Assembly: GCA_009908855.1 (NCBI GenBank)
Contig: JAAAOM010000048.1
Span: 64,867 to 128,866 of the forward strand
Source: Bacteroidota bacterium
Lineage (GTDB): Bacteria; Bacteroidota; Bacteroidia; Bacteroidales; JAAAOM01
Length of the DNA stretch: 64,000 nucleotides
Reading direction: 5' to 3'
Shown: positions 19,202-28,350 of the stretch, piece after piece
Position numbering within the stretch: position 1 is the stretch's first letter
Layout of the letters: each line of letters starts with the position of its first letter
Program-made: the position numbers and the translations under genes
Notes under the pieces: generated by a model
Seen by the model: the letters and a program-made list of their open reading frames with translations, nothing else
What the model was told of the DNA's origin: nothing
Database searches by the model: none

Positions 19202-19233
19202 AAAAAGGTACCATTACAAGGTGCCTTTTTTTT
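19202..19233. terminator. Bidirectional terminator between the small ORF (+) and lpdA (-)
   Basis: AGGTACC-ATTACAA-GGTGCCT stem-loop flanked by AAAAA on the left and TTTTTTTT on the right. Confidence 0.55.
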
Positions 19234-19244
19234 AGATAGCATTT

Positions 19245-20636
19245 TTATAAATGTATAACTTCATCATACGCTGCGGCGGCTGCTTCCATTATAGCCTCCG
19301 ACATTGTCGGGTGCGGATGAACGGATTTAATAATCTCCATTGAGGTAGTTTCCAGATTCTTAGCTACAACCATCTCCCCAATCATTTCGGTTACATTGGC
19401 ACCAATTAAATGAGCACCCAATAGTTCTCCATATTTGGCATCAAATACCAATTTACTGAACCCTTCCGGTGCTGAAGCCGCCTTTGCCTTGCCCGATGCT
19501 GTGTACGGAAATTTCCCTACTTTAATCTCATAACCTGCTTCTTTGGCCTGTTTTTCGGTCATGCCTACCGAAGCTACTTCGGGGTTTGTATAGGTGCATG
19601 CCGGTAGATTATTGTAATTCATTGGCTGCGGAGAATGACCGGCTATTTTTTCAACACATAAAATTCCCTCGGCTGATGCTACATGTGCCAGCGCCGGTCC
19701 GTGAACAATATCACCTATGGCATAGATGCCTTTTACATTGGTTTGGTAGTACTCATCAACCTTTACTTTGCCATTTTCCAGTTCAATTTTCAGGTCTTCG
19801 ATGCCAATATTTTCCAGATTAGGCGTTATGCCAACAGCCGACAGAACAATATCGGCTTCTATGGTTTCTTCACCTTTTTTGGTTTTAACCGTAACCCTGC
19901 ATTTTTTTCCGGATGTATCAACCTTTTCAACACTTGAGTTGGTAAGGATTTTCATTTTTCTTTTCTTGAATGAGCGCTCCAATTGTTTGCTTACATCTTC
20001 ATCTTCCAGTGGTACGATGTTCGGTAAATACTCAATCAGCGTTACATCAGTGCCAATCGAGTTGTAAAAATGGGCAAATTCACTGCCAATAGCCCCTGAC
20101 CCCACAACTACCATGCTGCCAGGCTGCTTATCCAATGTCATCGCCTTGCGGTAACCAATGATCTTTTCACCATCTTGTTTTAAATTTGGCAGCTCTCTGC
20201 TTTGTGCTCCGGTGGCCAATATTATATGTTCGGCATTGTAGGTTTTTGCATTGTTTTTTGCATCAGTTACTTCAACGGTATTGGCATCCCTGAGTTTGCC
20301 AAAACCCTGTAAGTGATCAATTTTATTTTTTTTGAACAGATACTGAATGCCTTTACTCATCTCATCGGCCACATTACGGCTTCTCTCAATCATTTTATTG
20401 AAATCGGGTTTGGCATTGCCTTCAATCGAAATACCATAGTCTTCAGCATGTGTCAGATATTCAAATATCTGCGCGCTTTTAAGCAAGGATTTAGTGGGTA
20501 TACACCCCCAATTTAAACACACCCCGCCAAGTTCAGCATTTTCAACAACGCCCACTTTCAGGCCCAATTGCGAAGCCCTTATGGCTGCTACATAACCGCC
20601 GGGGCCACTTCCTATTACTATAATATCATATTTCAT
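19245..20636 (-). CDS. lpdA: Dihydrolipoyl dehydrogenase (E3)
   Basis: 463 aa with FAD motif GSGPGGY, redox-active disulfide GGVCLNWGCIPTK, NAD motif GSGAIGSE and C-terminal HPHPTMSE. Confidence 0.95.
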   Translation of the reverse strand: MKYDIIVIGSGPGGYVAAIRASQLGLKVGVVENAELGGVCLNWGCIPTKSLLKSAQIFEYLTHAEDYGISIEGNAKPDFNKMIERSRNVADEMSKGIQYLFKKNKIDHLQGFGKLRDANTVEVTDAKNNAKTYNAEHIILATGAQSRELPNLKQDGEKIIGYRKAMTLDKQPGSMVVVGSGAIGSEFAHFYNSIGTDVTLIEYLPNIVPLEDEDVSKQLERSFKKRKMKILTNSSVEKVDTSGKKCRVTVKTKKGEETIEADIVLSAVGITPNLENIGIEDLKIELENGKVKVDEYYQTNVKGIYAIGDIVHGPALAHVASAEGILCVEKIAGHSPQPMNYNNLPACTYTNPEVASVGMTEKQAKEAGYEIKVGKFPYTASGKAKAASAPEGFSKLVFDAKYGELLGAHLIGANVTEMIGEMVVAKNLETTSMEIIKSVHPHPTMSEAIMEAAAAAYDEVIHL

Positions 20637-20906
20637 TTGGTATTATTATTGGTTTCACAATTATTATCTTAAGCGCCCTAAATTAATGATTGTTCAAAAC
20701 ATTATCATTTTGAAAGGAGACAAAAAAATAATAAGCATTTGGTTCAAATGTTAAAAATTTATTAAGTAATTATAAATCAAATGTTTATTGTTTTCGTTTA
20801 TAAATATAAAATTAATAACTGTTTATTATTAATTAAACAACATTCCGGAATCTTATGGTTATCATTGCTGTTAGTTTTAATTTAGGGATACTATATTCAG
20901 TTATTT

Positions 20907-22109
20907 GTGAACATATTACAGCCACATATACATATTTTTGGAGCCATCTTGTATTTATTGGCTGGTTGTTATGTATTGGTTAAAAACAATCGATCAACCA
21001 TACATCAATTAATGGCAGTAACTTTTATTCTTGGCGCTGTGTGGAGTGTATGTAATGCCATATTTACATCGCCTGCTATGTCTGCGAATGTTGTCTCTGT
21101 ATTCGTCAATTTGGGTATTACGGCAAAAATGCTTATTTCAGGGTTAATACTATGGACTGTAATACTCGCCTGGCAGGATACAAACAGCTCCAAACTGTTG
21201 CTATTGAAATTATATGTTATCATTTTTGGTTTCTGGGCTATTTATGCGCAGAGCTTTTTGCCAATGGCACAAGTTCAATCTTACAGCATTGGAAACCCGA
21301 TGTATACGATAGATTGGAATATTAATTTCAGTATGGTGATTCTGCAAATTTATTCATTGGTATCTGTTTTGTTTGCCATTGGTGTTGTTTCAAAATTATC
21401 TGCTGTGCATGTTAACTCATCATTCCTGGGTGCAAAACAGTTATTGATCATAACGCTTACATTGGGTGCACTGGCTGTTTTATTCGATTTTACAAATATT
21501 TTATTTGGTAATAAGAAGTGGTATGCCATAACGGATATTGTGTTTCTTGTACCTTTGTTTGGGATGGCTTACGCACTGTTTGGGTTGCGTATGAACGATA
21601 ATGCGTTGGTCAATGGTGAGAGAACTATACTGGATAAAATCCCTGATGGTATTGTTATAACCGATTTAACCGGAAATATAAAAAAATATAACCAACAATT
21701 TCAGCATTTAACAGCTCTGACCACCACGAAGCTCAACAGTACCAATATAAAAGAATTACTTGTCGATCAGGATAATGAGAAGCCTACTATGGGAGAATTG
21801 CTGGTAGGAAATACTAACAATGAGCTTTATCTTCAGCAACCGTCAGGTGTCAACTCACCTGTTTTATTATCAATCTCCATCTTTCATGAATTTTTAGCGG
21901 TCAAAAAAGGATATATAATTGTGCTAACAACCTTAGAAGGGATGCGTGAAAAGGAAAATGCTATGGATAAAATACACCGGTTACCGACCAAAGCAATTGG
22001 TATAAAAACTATTGAGATGGTACGTAAAAACAATCGGTTGGCTTATGAACGCGCACAGCGTTTAAACAGCAGGGTAAGAAAGTTGGGCTATTCAGAAACC
22101 GGGATGTGA
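20907..22109 (+). CDS. Membrane sensor-like protein: N-terminal 7TM (histidine-kinase-type 7TM) plus a PAS-like domain, with no recognisable output domain
   Basis: 400 aa with a GTG start. About 7 hydrophobic helices span residues 1-230, followed by ILDKIPDGIVITDLTGNIKKYNQQF (PAS-like). No H-box, HATPase or GGDEF motifs. The 3' end overlaps asnC by 22 nt. Confidence 0.5.
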   Translation: MNILQPHIHIFGAILYLLAGCYVLVKNNRSTIHQLMAVTFILGAVWSVCNAIFTSPAMSANVVSVFVNLGITAKMLISGLILWTVILAWQDTNSSKLLLLKLYVIIFGFWAIYAQSFLPMAQVQSYSIGNPMYTIDWNINFSMVILQIYSLVSVLFAIGVVSKLSAVHVNSSFLGAKQLLIITLTLGALAVLFDFTNILFGNKKWYAITDIVFLVPLFGMAYALFGLRMNDNALVNGERTILDKIPDGIVITDLTGNIKKYNQQFQHLTALTTTKLNSTNIKELLVDQDNEKPTMGELLVGNTNNELYLQQPSGVNSPVLLSISIFHEFLAVKKGYIIVLTTLEGMREKENAMDKIHRLPTKAIGIKTIEMVRKNNRLAYERAQRLNSRVRKLGYSETGM

Positions 22110-22555
22110 TGGTGAAACAACTCTTCCAGTGAGATAAAAGTTTCGGTTCTTGACACCCCCTCGATAGATTGTATTTTGTCGGCGATAATATTTTTTAAAT
22201 GCTCGTTGTTTTGCGCATAAACTTTAACAAATACCGCGTATTGACCAGTGGTGTAATGACATTCCGTTATTTCCATAATGTTTTTTAATTGCTGCACAAC
22301 CTTATTAAACATCACAGAGTTTTCAAGATATATACCAATATAGGCAAGTGTTTGAAACCCCAACTTTTTAGGGTCAAAAGTAAATTCGGACCCCTTTATT
22401 ACACCTGATTTTGTGAGTCTTTGCACACGTTGATGTATGGCCGCTCCGGATACACCACATTCCCTGGCAACTTCCAGAAAAGGTTTGCGCGCATTTCTTG
22501 ACAAAATCGACAAAATTTTACGATCCAACTCATCTAATAACGTATCGTGTGCCAT
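22088..22555 (-). CDS. Lrp/AsnC family transcriptional regulator
   Basis: 155 aa with an N-terminal HTH (LDRKILSILSRNARKPFLEVARECGVSGAAIHQRVQRL) and a C-terminal RAM/AsnC_trans_reg domain. Divergent from asnB. Confidence 0.9.
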   Translation of the reverse strand: MAHDTLLDELDRKILSILSRNARKPFLEVARECGVSGAAIHQRVQRLTKSGVIKGSEFTFDPKKLGFQTLAYIGIYLENSVMFNKVVQQLKNIMEITECHYTTGQYAVFVKVYAQNNEHLKNIIADKIQSIEGVSRTETFISLEELFHHHIPVSE

Positions 22556-22591
22556 TATTTATTCAATTGTGTACAATTTATGACCAACAGA

Positions 22592-22599
22592 CAAATTTA
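22592..22599 (-). promoter_or_regulatory. Candidate -7 box for the asnC-family gene (TAAATTTG on the minus strand)
   Basis: CAAATTTA on the plus strand, 37 nt upstream of the ATG at 22555. Confidence 0.35.
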
Positions 22600-22645
22600 A
22601 CCAACAATTTGTAATCGAAAATATTTAATTAATAAAAACAGAAAT

Positions 22646-22681
22646 TATATTTGCGTATATTATAACAAATTAATATTTTTG
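22646..22681 (+). promoter_or_regulatory. Two candidate -7 boxes for asnB (TATATTTG at 22646-22653; TATTTTTG at 22674-22681)
   Basis: Both are perfect TAnnTTTG matches, 108-136 nt upstream of the asnB ATG. Confidence 0.3.
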
Positions 22682-22788
22682 AATCAAATTATGTTACAAA
22701 ATGACAATAATTGTTTTTGAAAATTACTAAATCGTAAAAAATCTAAGTATAAGTAACCAGAAATTGAAATAACCAAAAACAATTAATT

Positions 22789-24405
22789 ATGTGTGGAATA
22801 TTAGCTGTAATAGGTAAAAAAGACCTTGAAAGCGTCAAACAGCTTTCTAAACGGATGAGCCATCGAGGGCCGGATGAACGCGGGATATATCAAAATCCGG
22901 AAGGAAATATTGTATCCCATGAACGACTGTCAATTATTGACCTTACAACTGGTCGCCAACCAATACAAGGAACCAGTTCTGCATGGGTGGTGCACAATGG
23001 TGAGATATACAATCACTGGGAATTGCGCGAAAATGAACTGGCAGGACATGCTTTTAGAACTACTTGCGATAGTGAAGTAATAGTGCATTTATATGAAAAA
23101 TATGGTTACGATTTCTGTAATTTACTGGATGGCGTTTTTGCTTTTGCCGTTTTGGATGGTGAGGATTACATAGTTGGACGCGATCCGATTGGTGTGAAGC
23201 CTCTTTACTATGGCAAAGCAACTGACGGAACCTTGTATTTTTCATCCGAAATGAAGTCCCTGGCCGACCAATGCGAAACGTTTGAGCCATTCCCCCCCGG
23301 TCATTATTATACACCCGAAACCGGCTTGGTTAAATATTACAAACCAAAATGGCAGGAAGTAAGTTATTGTACCAGAGATCTTGACCTTCAGGAATTGAAT
23401 GATAGTTTAACCAATGCTACCCGCAAACGACTGATGAGCGATGTGCCATTGGGTGTATTGCTGTCAGGCGGACTGGATTCATCATTAATTTCATCCGTTA
23501 CCAAAAGGTTGCTTCGTGAAACAGGCCAGGAACTACACTCGTTTTCAATAGGCCTTGATCCGGAAGCGCCGGACTTAAAGGCAGCAAGAGAAGTAGCGGA
23601 TTTTATCGGAACGACTCACCATGAAGTGTATTTTACCCTTGAGGACGGAATTAAAATCATTGATAAGCTGGTTTGGCATCTCGAATCCTATGATATCACC
23701 ACCATCCGGGCTTCAACACCAATGTATTTTTTATCAAAGTATATCACTGACATGGGTGTTAAAGTTGTACTTTCAGGCGAAGGTGCGGATGAGATGCTTG
23801 GAGGTTATCTGTACTTTAACAATGCCCCTTCTACGGAAGAATTTCAGGAGGAAACCATACGCCGCGTTAATTTACTTTCTACCGCCGATGTACTGAGAGC
23901 TGATAAATCAACTATGGCACACGGACTGGAAGTAAGGGTTCCTATGTTGGATAAGAATTTTTTGGATGTGGTTATGTCATTGCATCCCAAATATAAAGTG
24001 CACGACCGTAAGAAAGGGGTTATTGAAAAACACATTTTACGGGCAGCCTTTGATGATAAAAAAGAGCCTTATTTACCCGAGAGTATATTATGGCGCCAAA
24101 AAGAACAGTTTAGCGATGGGGTAGGGTATAACTGGATTGATGGTATTATTAGTTATTGTGCCAAACAGGTAAGCGACGAAGATTTTGCCAATGCAGAAAA
24201 GCTGTATCCGTATAACACACCAGTATCGAAAGAAGCATTTTACTTCAGGAGTATATTCCATAAACATTTTCCACAGGAGGAGGCTGCCAAAACAGTGGCG
24301 CGTTGGGTTCCCAAATGGCAAAAAAATTCAGACCCCTCCGGAAGGGTTTGTGACAACCACGAAAAACACCAGGACGATTTGATTAATGTCAGTACAAATA
24401 ATTAA
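22789..24405 (+). CDS. asnB: Asparagine synthase B (glutamine-hydrolysing)
   Basis: 538 aa. MCGI N-terminal nucleophile Cys (Ntn amidotransferase) and the PP-loop SGGLDSS. Confidence 0.95.
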   Translation: MCGILAVIGKKDLESVKQLSKRMSHRGPDERGIYQNPEGNIVSHERLSIIDLTTGRQPIQGTSSAWVVHNGEIYNHWELRENELAGHAFRTTCDSEVIVHLYEKYGYDFCNLLDGVFAFAVLDGEDYIVGRDPIGVKPLYYGKATDGTLYFSSEMKSLADQCETFEPFPPGHYYTPETGLVKYYKPKWQEVSYCTRDLDLQELNDSLTNATRKRLMSDVPLGVLLSGGLDSSLISSVTKRLLRETGQELHSFSIGLDPEAPDLKAAREVADFIGTTHHEVYFTLEDGIKIIDKLVWHLESYDITTIRASTPMYFLSKYITDMGVKVVLSGEGADEMLGGYLYFNNAPSTEEFQEETIRRVNLLSTADVLRADKSTMAHGLEVRVPMLDKNFLDVVMSLHPKYKVHDRKKGVIEKHILRAAFDDKKEPYLPESILWRQKEQFSDGVGYNWIDGIISYCAKQVSDEDFANAEKLYPYNTPVSKEAFYFRSIFHKHFPQEEAAKTVARWVPKWQKNSDPSGRVCDNHEKHQDDLINVSTNN

Positions 24406-24497
24406 TATTATACCATTTAGATTGTTGTGGAGCTACGTGAGTAATAATTAGGGAGTCAATCAATTTTTTCCACACATACATTCAATCTATGGTTAGC

Positions 24498-24533
24498 AAG
24501 AAGGAGTTCAGTTATTGTTCTCCTTCTTTTTTT
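24498..24533 (+). terminator. Rho-independent terminator after asnB
   Basis: AAGAAGGAG (24498-24506) pairs with CTCCTTCTT (24520-24528), followed by a T-tract. Confidence 0.6.
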
Positions 24534-24665
24534 GCCTGATGGTTATTTATTTGTTTATTTGTAATCTATTATTCGGCACGCTATTCAATTAATCATTGAA
24601 TACCGTTTCGTAAATAAGATTTGGGTGTATTTTTCAATCTGTTACCAATCAAACAACCAAAAACT

Positions 24666-25706
24666 ATGGCTAAAAATTTAATAATTCCCGATGATTATAA
24701 AAATCTGCTGAATGTACATGAAACAGAACAGGCGATAAAACTTATCAAAGATACTTTTCAGGATAATTTATCATCCTCATTGCGATTAAGAAGGGTAACT
24801 GCCCCTTTGTTCGTGCTAAAAGGCACCGGTATAAACGATGATTTAAACGGTGTGGAGCGCAAAGTAACTTTTCCTATAAAAGATTTGAATGAAGCAGATG
24901 CCGAAGTTGTTAACTCCCTGGCCAAATGGAAACGCATGGCCTTGGCTGAATATGACATCCCGCAAGGCTATGGTTTATACACCGATATGAATGCCATACG
25001 ACCGGATGAGGAACTGGATAATATTCATTCGTTATATGTTGATCAATGGGATTGGGAATTGAATATTTCTCCGCAGCAACGAAACCTGGCCTTTTTAAAA
25101 AGTATTGTTGAGGAGCTATATGAGGTGTTGAAAAGAACGGAATTTGTTATCTACGAACATTATCCCGAATTAACTCCTATCTTACCTGATTCAATTAAAT
25201 TCATTCATAGCGAAGATTTATTGGCTGATTATCCTGATTTGTCTCCCAAAGAGCGTGAGGCAGCAGTGGTTAAAGAACATGGTGCTGTTTTTGTAATTGG
25301 CATAGGTGGCAAATTGGCCAATGCTGAACCGCATGACGGGCGGGCACCTGATTATGACGACTGGTCCACAACCACTACACCCGGGCATAAAGGGTTAAAT
25401 GGCGATATACTGTTGTGGAATCCGATACTTAAAATTGCCTTTGAAATATCTTCTATGGGTATTCGGGTAGACCGTGAAGCATTGCTTGAACAACTGAATA
25501 TTTCGGGAGCGGAAGAAAGAAAAGCATATATGTTTCATAAAAAACTACTGAATGAGGACTTACCGCTGTCATTAGGCGGTGGAATCGGTCAGTCGCGTTT
25601 GTGTATGTATTTTTTAAGGAAAGCGCATATTGGTGAAATTCAGACAAGTATCTGGACCGAAGAAATGATAAATACCTGCAAACAGAAAGGGATATTTCTC
25701 CTTTAA
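24666..25706 (+). CDS. asnA: Aspartate--ammonia ligase (asparagine synthetase A)
   Basis: The start at MAKNLIIPDDYKNLLNVHETEQAIKLIKD is the typical AsnA N-terminus. Class-II aaRS-like core (DWEL..., GGGIGQSRLCM). The longer TTG-start ORF from 24621 is rejected. Confidence 0.92.
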   Translation: MAKNLIIPDDYKNLLNVHETEQAIKLIKDTFQDNLSSSLRLRRVTAPLFVLKGTGINDDLNGVERKVTFPIKDLNEADAEVVNSLAKWKRMALAEYDIPQGYGLYTDMNAIRPDEELDNIHSLYVDQWDWELNISPQQRNLAFLKSIVEELYEVLKRTEFVIYEHYPELTPILPDSIKFIHSEDLLADYPDLSPKEREAAVVKEHGAVFVIGIGGKLANAEPHDGRAPDYDDWSTTTTPGHKGLNGDILLWNPILKIAFEISSMGIRVDREALLEQLNISGAEERKAYMFHKKLLNEDLPLSLGGGIGQSRLCMYFLRKAHIGEIQTSIWTEEMINTCKQKGIFLL

Positions 25707-25707
25707 C

Positions 25708-26259
25708 ATGAGGTTCAATAAAGGCGTATTCTTATTATTGGCATTGGCCACATTGCTGGGAATGGGTGGGGCAGGTCTTTGGCTTATCCCGGTTTCAAGG
25801 GATGTTACGATTCAATATTTTGTAACTGGCTTGTTGCCCCTATACCAGCAGGTAATTGTAGGAATTGTTGCCGGGCTTTTCATTTCTTTCATTGCATGGT
25901 TTATTATCAGTTTGCCTTTTTTTACCCGTGAAAGGGAATACTATACGGGTTTAATAAAACCTTTTCAATTAACTATCATTGAAATATTTTTTGTAGCTGT
26001 TTGCGCAGGGGTTGGTGAGGAGTTGCTTTTTCGTGGTGGTATTCAGCCTTTTTTGGGTATCTGGCCTACTTCTATCGTGTTTGTGCTGCTTCACGGTTAT
26101 ATAAATCCCGCAAAACCTGCTTTAAACGTTTATGGCATATTTATGATACTGAGCATTGCCCTGCTCGGTTATTTAACTGAAAATATTGGTATTCTTTCAT
26201 CCATTACCGCGCATACGATTATTGATATTATATTGCTTTATAAACTCACACATTCCTGA
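25708..26259 (+). CDS. CPBP family intramembrane glutamic endopeptidase (CAAX protease-like)
   Basis: 183 aa, polytopic. Motif 1 is GEELLFRG and motif 2 is FVLLHG. It begins 1 nt after the asnA stop. Confidence 0.8.
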   Translation: MRFNKGVFLLLALATLLGMGGAGLWLIPVSRDVTIQYFVTGLLPLYQQVIVGIVAGLFISFIAWFIISLPFFTREREYYTGLIKPFQLTIIEIFFVAVCAGVGEELLFRGGIQPFLGIWPTSIVFVLLHGYINPAKPALNVYGIFMILSIALLGYLTENIGILSSITAHTIIDIILLYKLTHS

Positions 26260-26486
26260 TCGCCTTACACCCCAAAAAATAACAGAAGCTAACGATTATG
26301 ATTTTCCAAATCGGGAGCAATGTCTGTACGAATGGCTCTGTAAAACATATTATCATGGTAATAAGGCTGCTTGGCATAATAATAATGGTATAAGTTAGAA
26401 ATAATAATTATTAATTAAACCCCTGTTTCAAACAAGGGTAAATATAAATATTACATTATTTATTTGTATTAAACCCTAATATATGA

Positions 26487-26494
26487 TAGATTTG
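26487..26494 (+). promoter_or_regulatory. Candidate -7 box for amt (TAGATTTG)
   Basis: Perfect TAnnTTTG, 63 nt upstream of the ATG at 26557. Confidence 0.3.
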
Positions 26495-26556
26495 TTTCGT
26501 TTTTTATGTCAGAAATAACAATTTATCATTGCTTTTACTAACCTAAAGAAGAAAAA

Positions 26557-27891
26557 ATGAAACTATTTACAAAGAAACTGTCACTTTTAATGGGTTTGCT
26601 TTTATTGGCGGCCACCGGAACCGTATGGGCCGGTGAGGGTAACAACATTGATACCGGAGCCACCGCCTGGATGCTTACCTCAACCGCATTGGTACTTCTT
26701 ATGATTCCTGGTCTGGCCATGTTTTATGGCGGATTGGTGAGGACCAAGAATGTACTGGGAACCATGATGCATAGTTTTGCAGCTATGGGAGTTATGAGTG
26801 TTATTTGGGCTGTAGTAGGATACAGCATGTGTTTTGGCGACAATGTACTGGGAGGCTGGTTTGGCTGGAATCCTGACTACATTGGATTACGGGGAATTGA
26901 TACCAGTATTATGGAAGGTGGAGTACCCGAGTATGTTTTTACCATGTTTCAGGGTAAGTTTGCCATCATTACCCCGGCACTAATTGCAGGGGCATTTGCA
27001 GAGCGTGTATCTTTTAAAGGATACATGGTATTTATCGCCCTTTGGGGATTATTGGTGTATAATCCGCTATGTCACTGGGTATGGGCTGAAGATGGTTTCC
27101 TGTTTAACCTGGGAGCCAATGGAGCCATTGATTTTGCCGGTGGAACAGTTGTACACATTTCCGCCGGGATAAGTGGGTTGGTAGCCGCGCTATATATTGG
27201 CGCACGAAGGGGATTTCCCATAACTTCAATGCCTCCGAGTAATTTGGTTATGACCATGATTGGTGCCGGTTTGCTTTGGGTAGGCTGGTTTGGCTTCAAT
27301 GCCGGAAGTAGTGTTACCAGCGGATTGAGCACTGCACAGGCCCTCACTGCAACACAGGTGGCAGCAGCATCAGGTGCATTAACATGGCTCATTGTTGAAG
27401 GCTGGCATCAGGGTAAAGCCACTGCACTGGGATTTGCATCAGGAATATTGGCCGGTCTGGTTGCAGTTACCCCGGCAGCAGGTGTTGTTCAGCCAATGGG
27501 AGCACTGGCATTGGGTGCAATTGCTTCGGTAATTTGTTATCTTGCCATATTGCTCAAAAATCGCCTGGGATATGACGATAGCCTGGATGCATTTGGTGTA
27601 CATGGTGTGGGTGGTATTGTTGGTGCTTTGCTGCTTACATTCTTTATTCGTGATAGCTGGATGGAGGAAGCTGCTGCAGCAGCCGGCGGATCATGGACGG
27701 TTATGCAGCAATTTGGTGTGCAGGCATTGGCCGTATTAATCGCAATCGTATATGCAGCTGTGCTGACGCTTGTTTTACTATGGATCATCAACAAATTCAT
27801 TCCTATGCGCGCGAAAACGAACGATGAGATGAAAGGACTGGATGATTCGTATCATGGTGAAAGGGCTTACGGAATGATTAGTCCGCATTAA
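26557..27891 (+). CDS. amt: Ammonium transporter (Amt family)
   Basis: 444 aa with a signal peptide, 11 TM helices, and conserved DFAGGTVVHISAG and GVHGVGG blocks. Confidence 0.95.
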   Translation: MKLFTKKLSLLMGLLLLAATGTVWAGEGNNIDTGATAWMLTSTALVLLMIPGLAMFYGGLVRTKNVLGTMMHSFAAMGVMSVIWAVVGYSMCFGDNVLGGWFGWNPDYIGLRGIDTSIMEGGVPEYVFTMFQGKFAIITPALIAGAFAERVSFKGYMVFIALWGLLVYNPLCHWVWAEDGFLFNLGANGAIDFAGGTVVHISAGISGLVAALYIGARRGFPITSMPPSNLVMTMIGAGLLWVGWFGFNAGSSVTSGLSTAQALTATQVAAASGALTWLIVEGWHQGKATALGFASGILAGLVAVTPAAGVVQPMGALALGAIASVICYLAILLKNRLGYDDSLDAFGVHGVGGIVGALLLTFFIRDSWMEEAAAAAGGSWTVMQQFGVQALAVLIAIVYAAVLTLVLLWIINKFIPMRAKTNDEMKGLDDSYHGERAYGMISPH

Positions 27892-27929
27892 TACCGAAAT
27901 TATTTCATTAATTTAAAATCATTACAAGT

Positions 27930-28283
27930 ATGAAATTAGTAACAGCTATTATACGAGAAACTCAGTTAGAGGCAGTAAGGACCTCTTTAATTGAGGCCGA
28001 AATTACCCGAATAACTGTAAGTAGTGTGTCCGGACATGGGAGACAAGTACGGGAAGAAATTTACAGAGGCCGTAAGGTTATTCCGGGGCTGATTCCAAAA
28101 ATAAAAATTGAAGTGGCTGTCAATGATGACTATGTGCAGACCACAATTGATGCCATTATTAAAGGTGCAAAGACAACTGATAACGGATATGACGGAACAG
28201 TAGGAGACGGTAAAATATTTATCACTCCGCTTGAGGAAACGATTCGCATCAGGACAGGAGAAAAGGGTAGCAGCGCCATTTAG
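27930..28283 (+). CDS. glnK: P-II family nitrogen regulatory protein (amt-linked, GlnK-type)
   Basis: 117 aa with a T-loop (GHGRQVREEIYRGRK, Tyr retained), GDGKIF, and a C-terminal IRIRTGE. Lies immediately downstream of amt. Confidence 0.9.
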   Translation: MKLVTAIIRETQLEAVRTSLIEAEITRITVSSVSGHGRQVREEIYRGRKVIPGLIPKIKIEVAVNDDYVQTTIDAIIKGAKTTDNGYDGTVGDGKIFITPLEETIRIRTGEKGSSAI

Positions 28284-28306
28284 ATAAATATAACACTTAC
28301 ATTTTG

Positions 28307-28339
28307 AAGCATGTCTTATAAAAAGGCATGCTTTTTTTT
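28307..28339 (+). terminator. Rho-independent terminator after glnK
   Basis: AAGCATGTC...GGCATGCTT stem-loop followed by TTTTTTTT. Confidence 0.6.
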
Positions 28340-28350
28340 GTGTCAGCGAA

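Noticed and set aside
26186-26398. A 70-aa ORF overlapping the end of the CPBP gene and extending into the amt upstream region.
   Set aside because: It is out of frame with the well-supported CPBP gene and has no signal or motif. The region is better explained as a promoter and leader spacer for amt.
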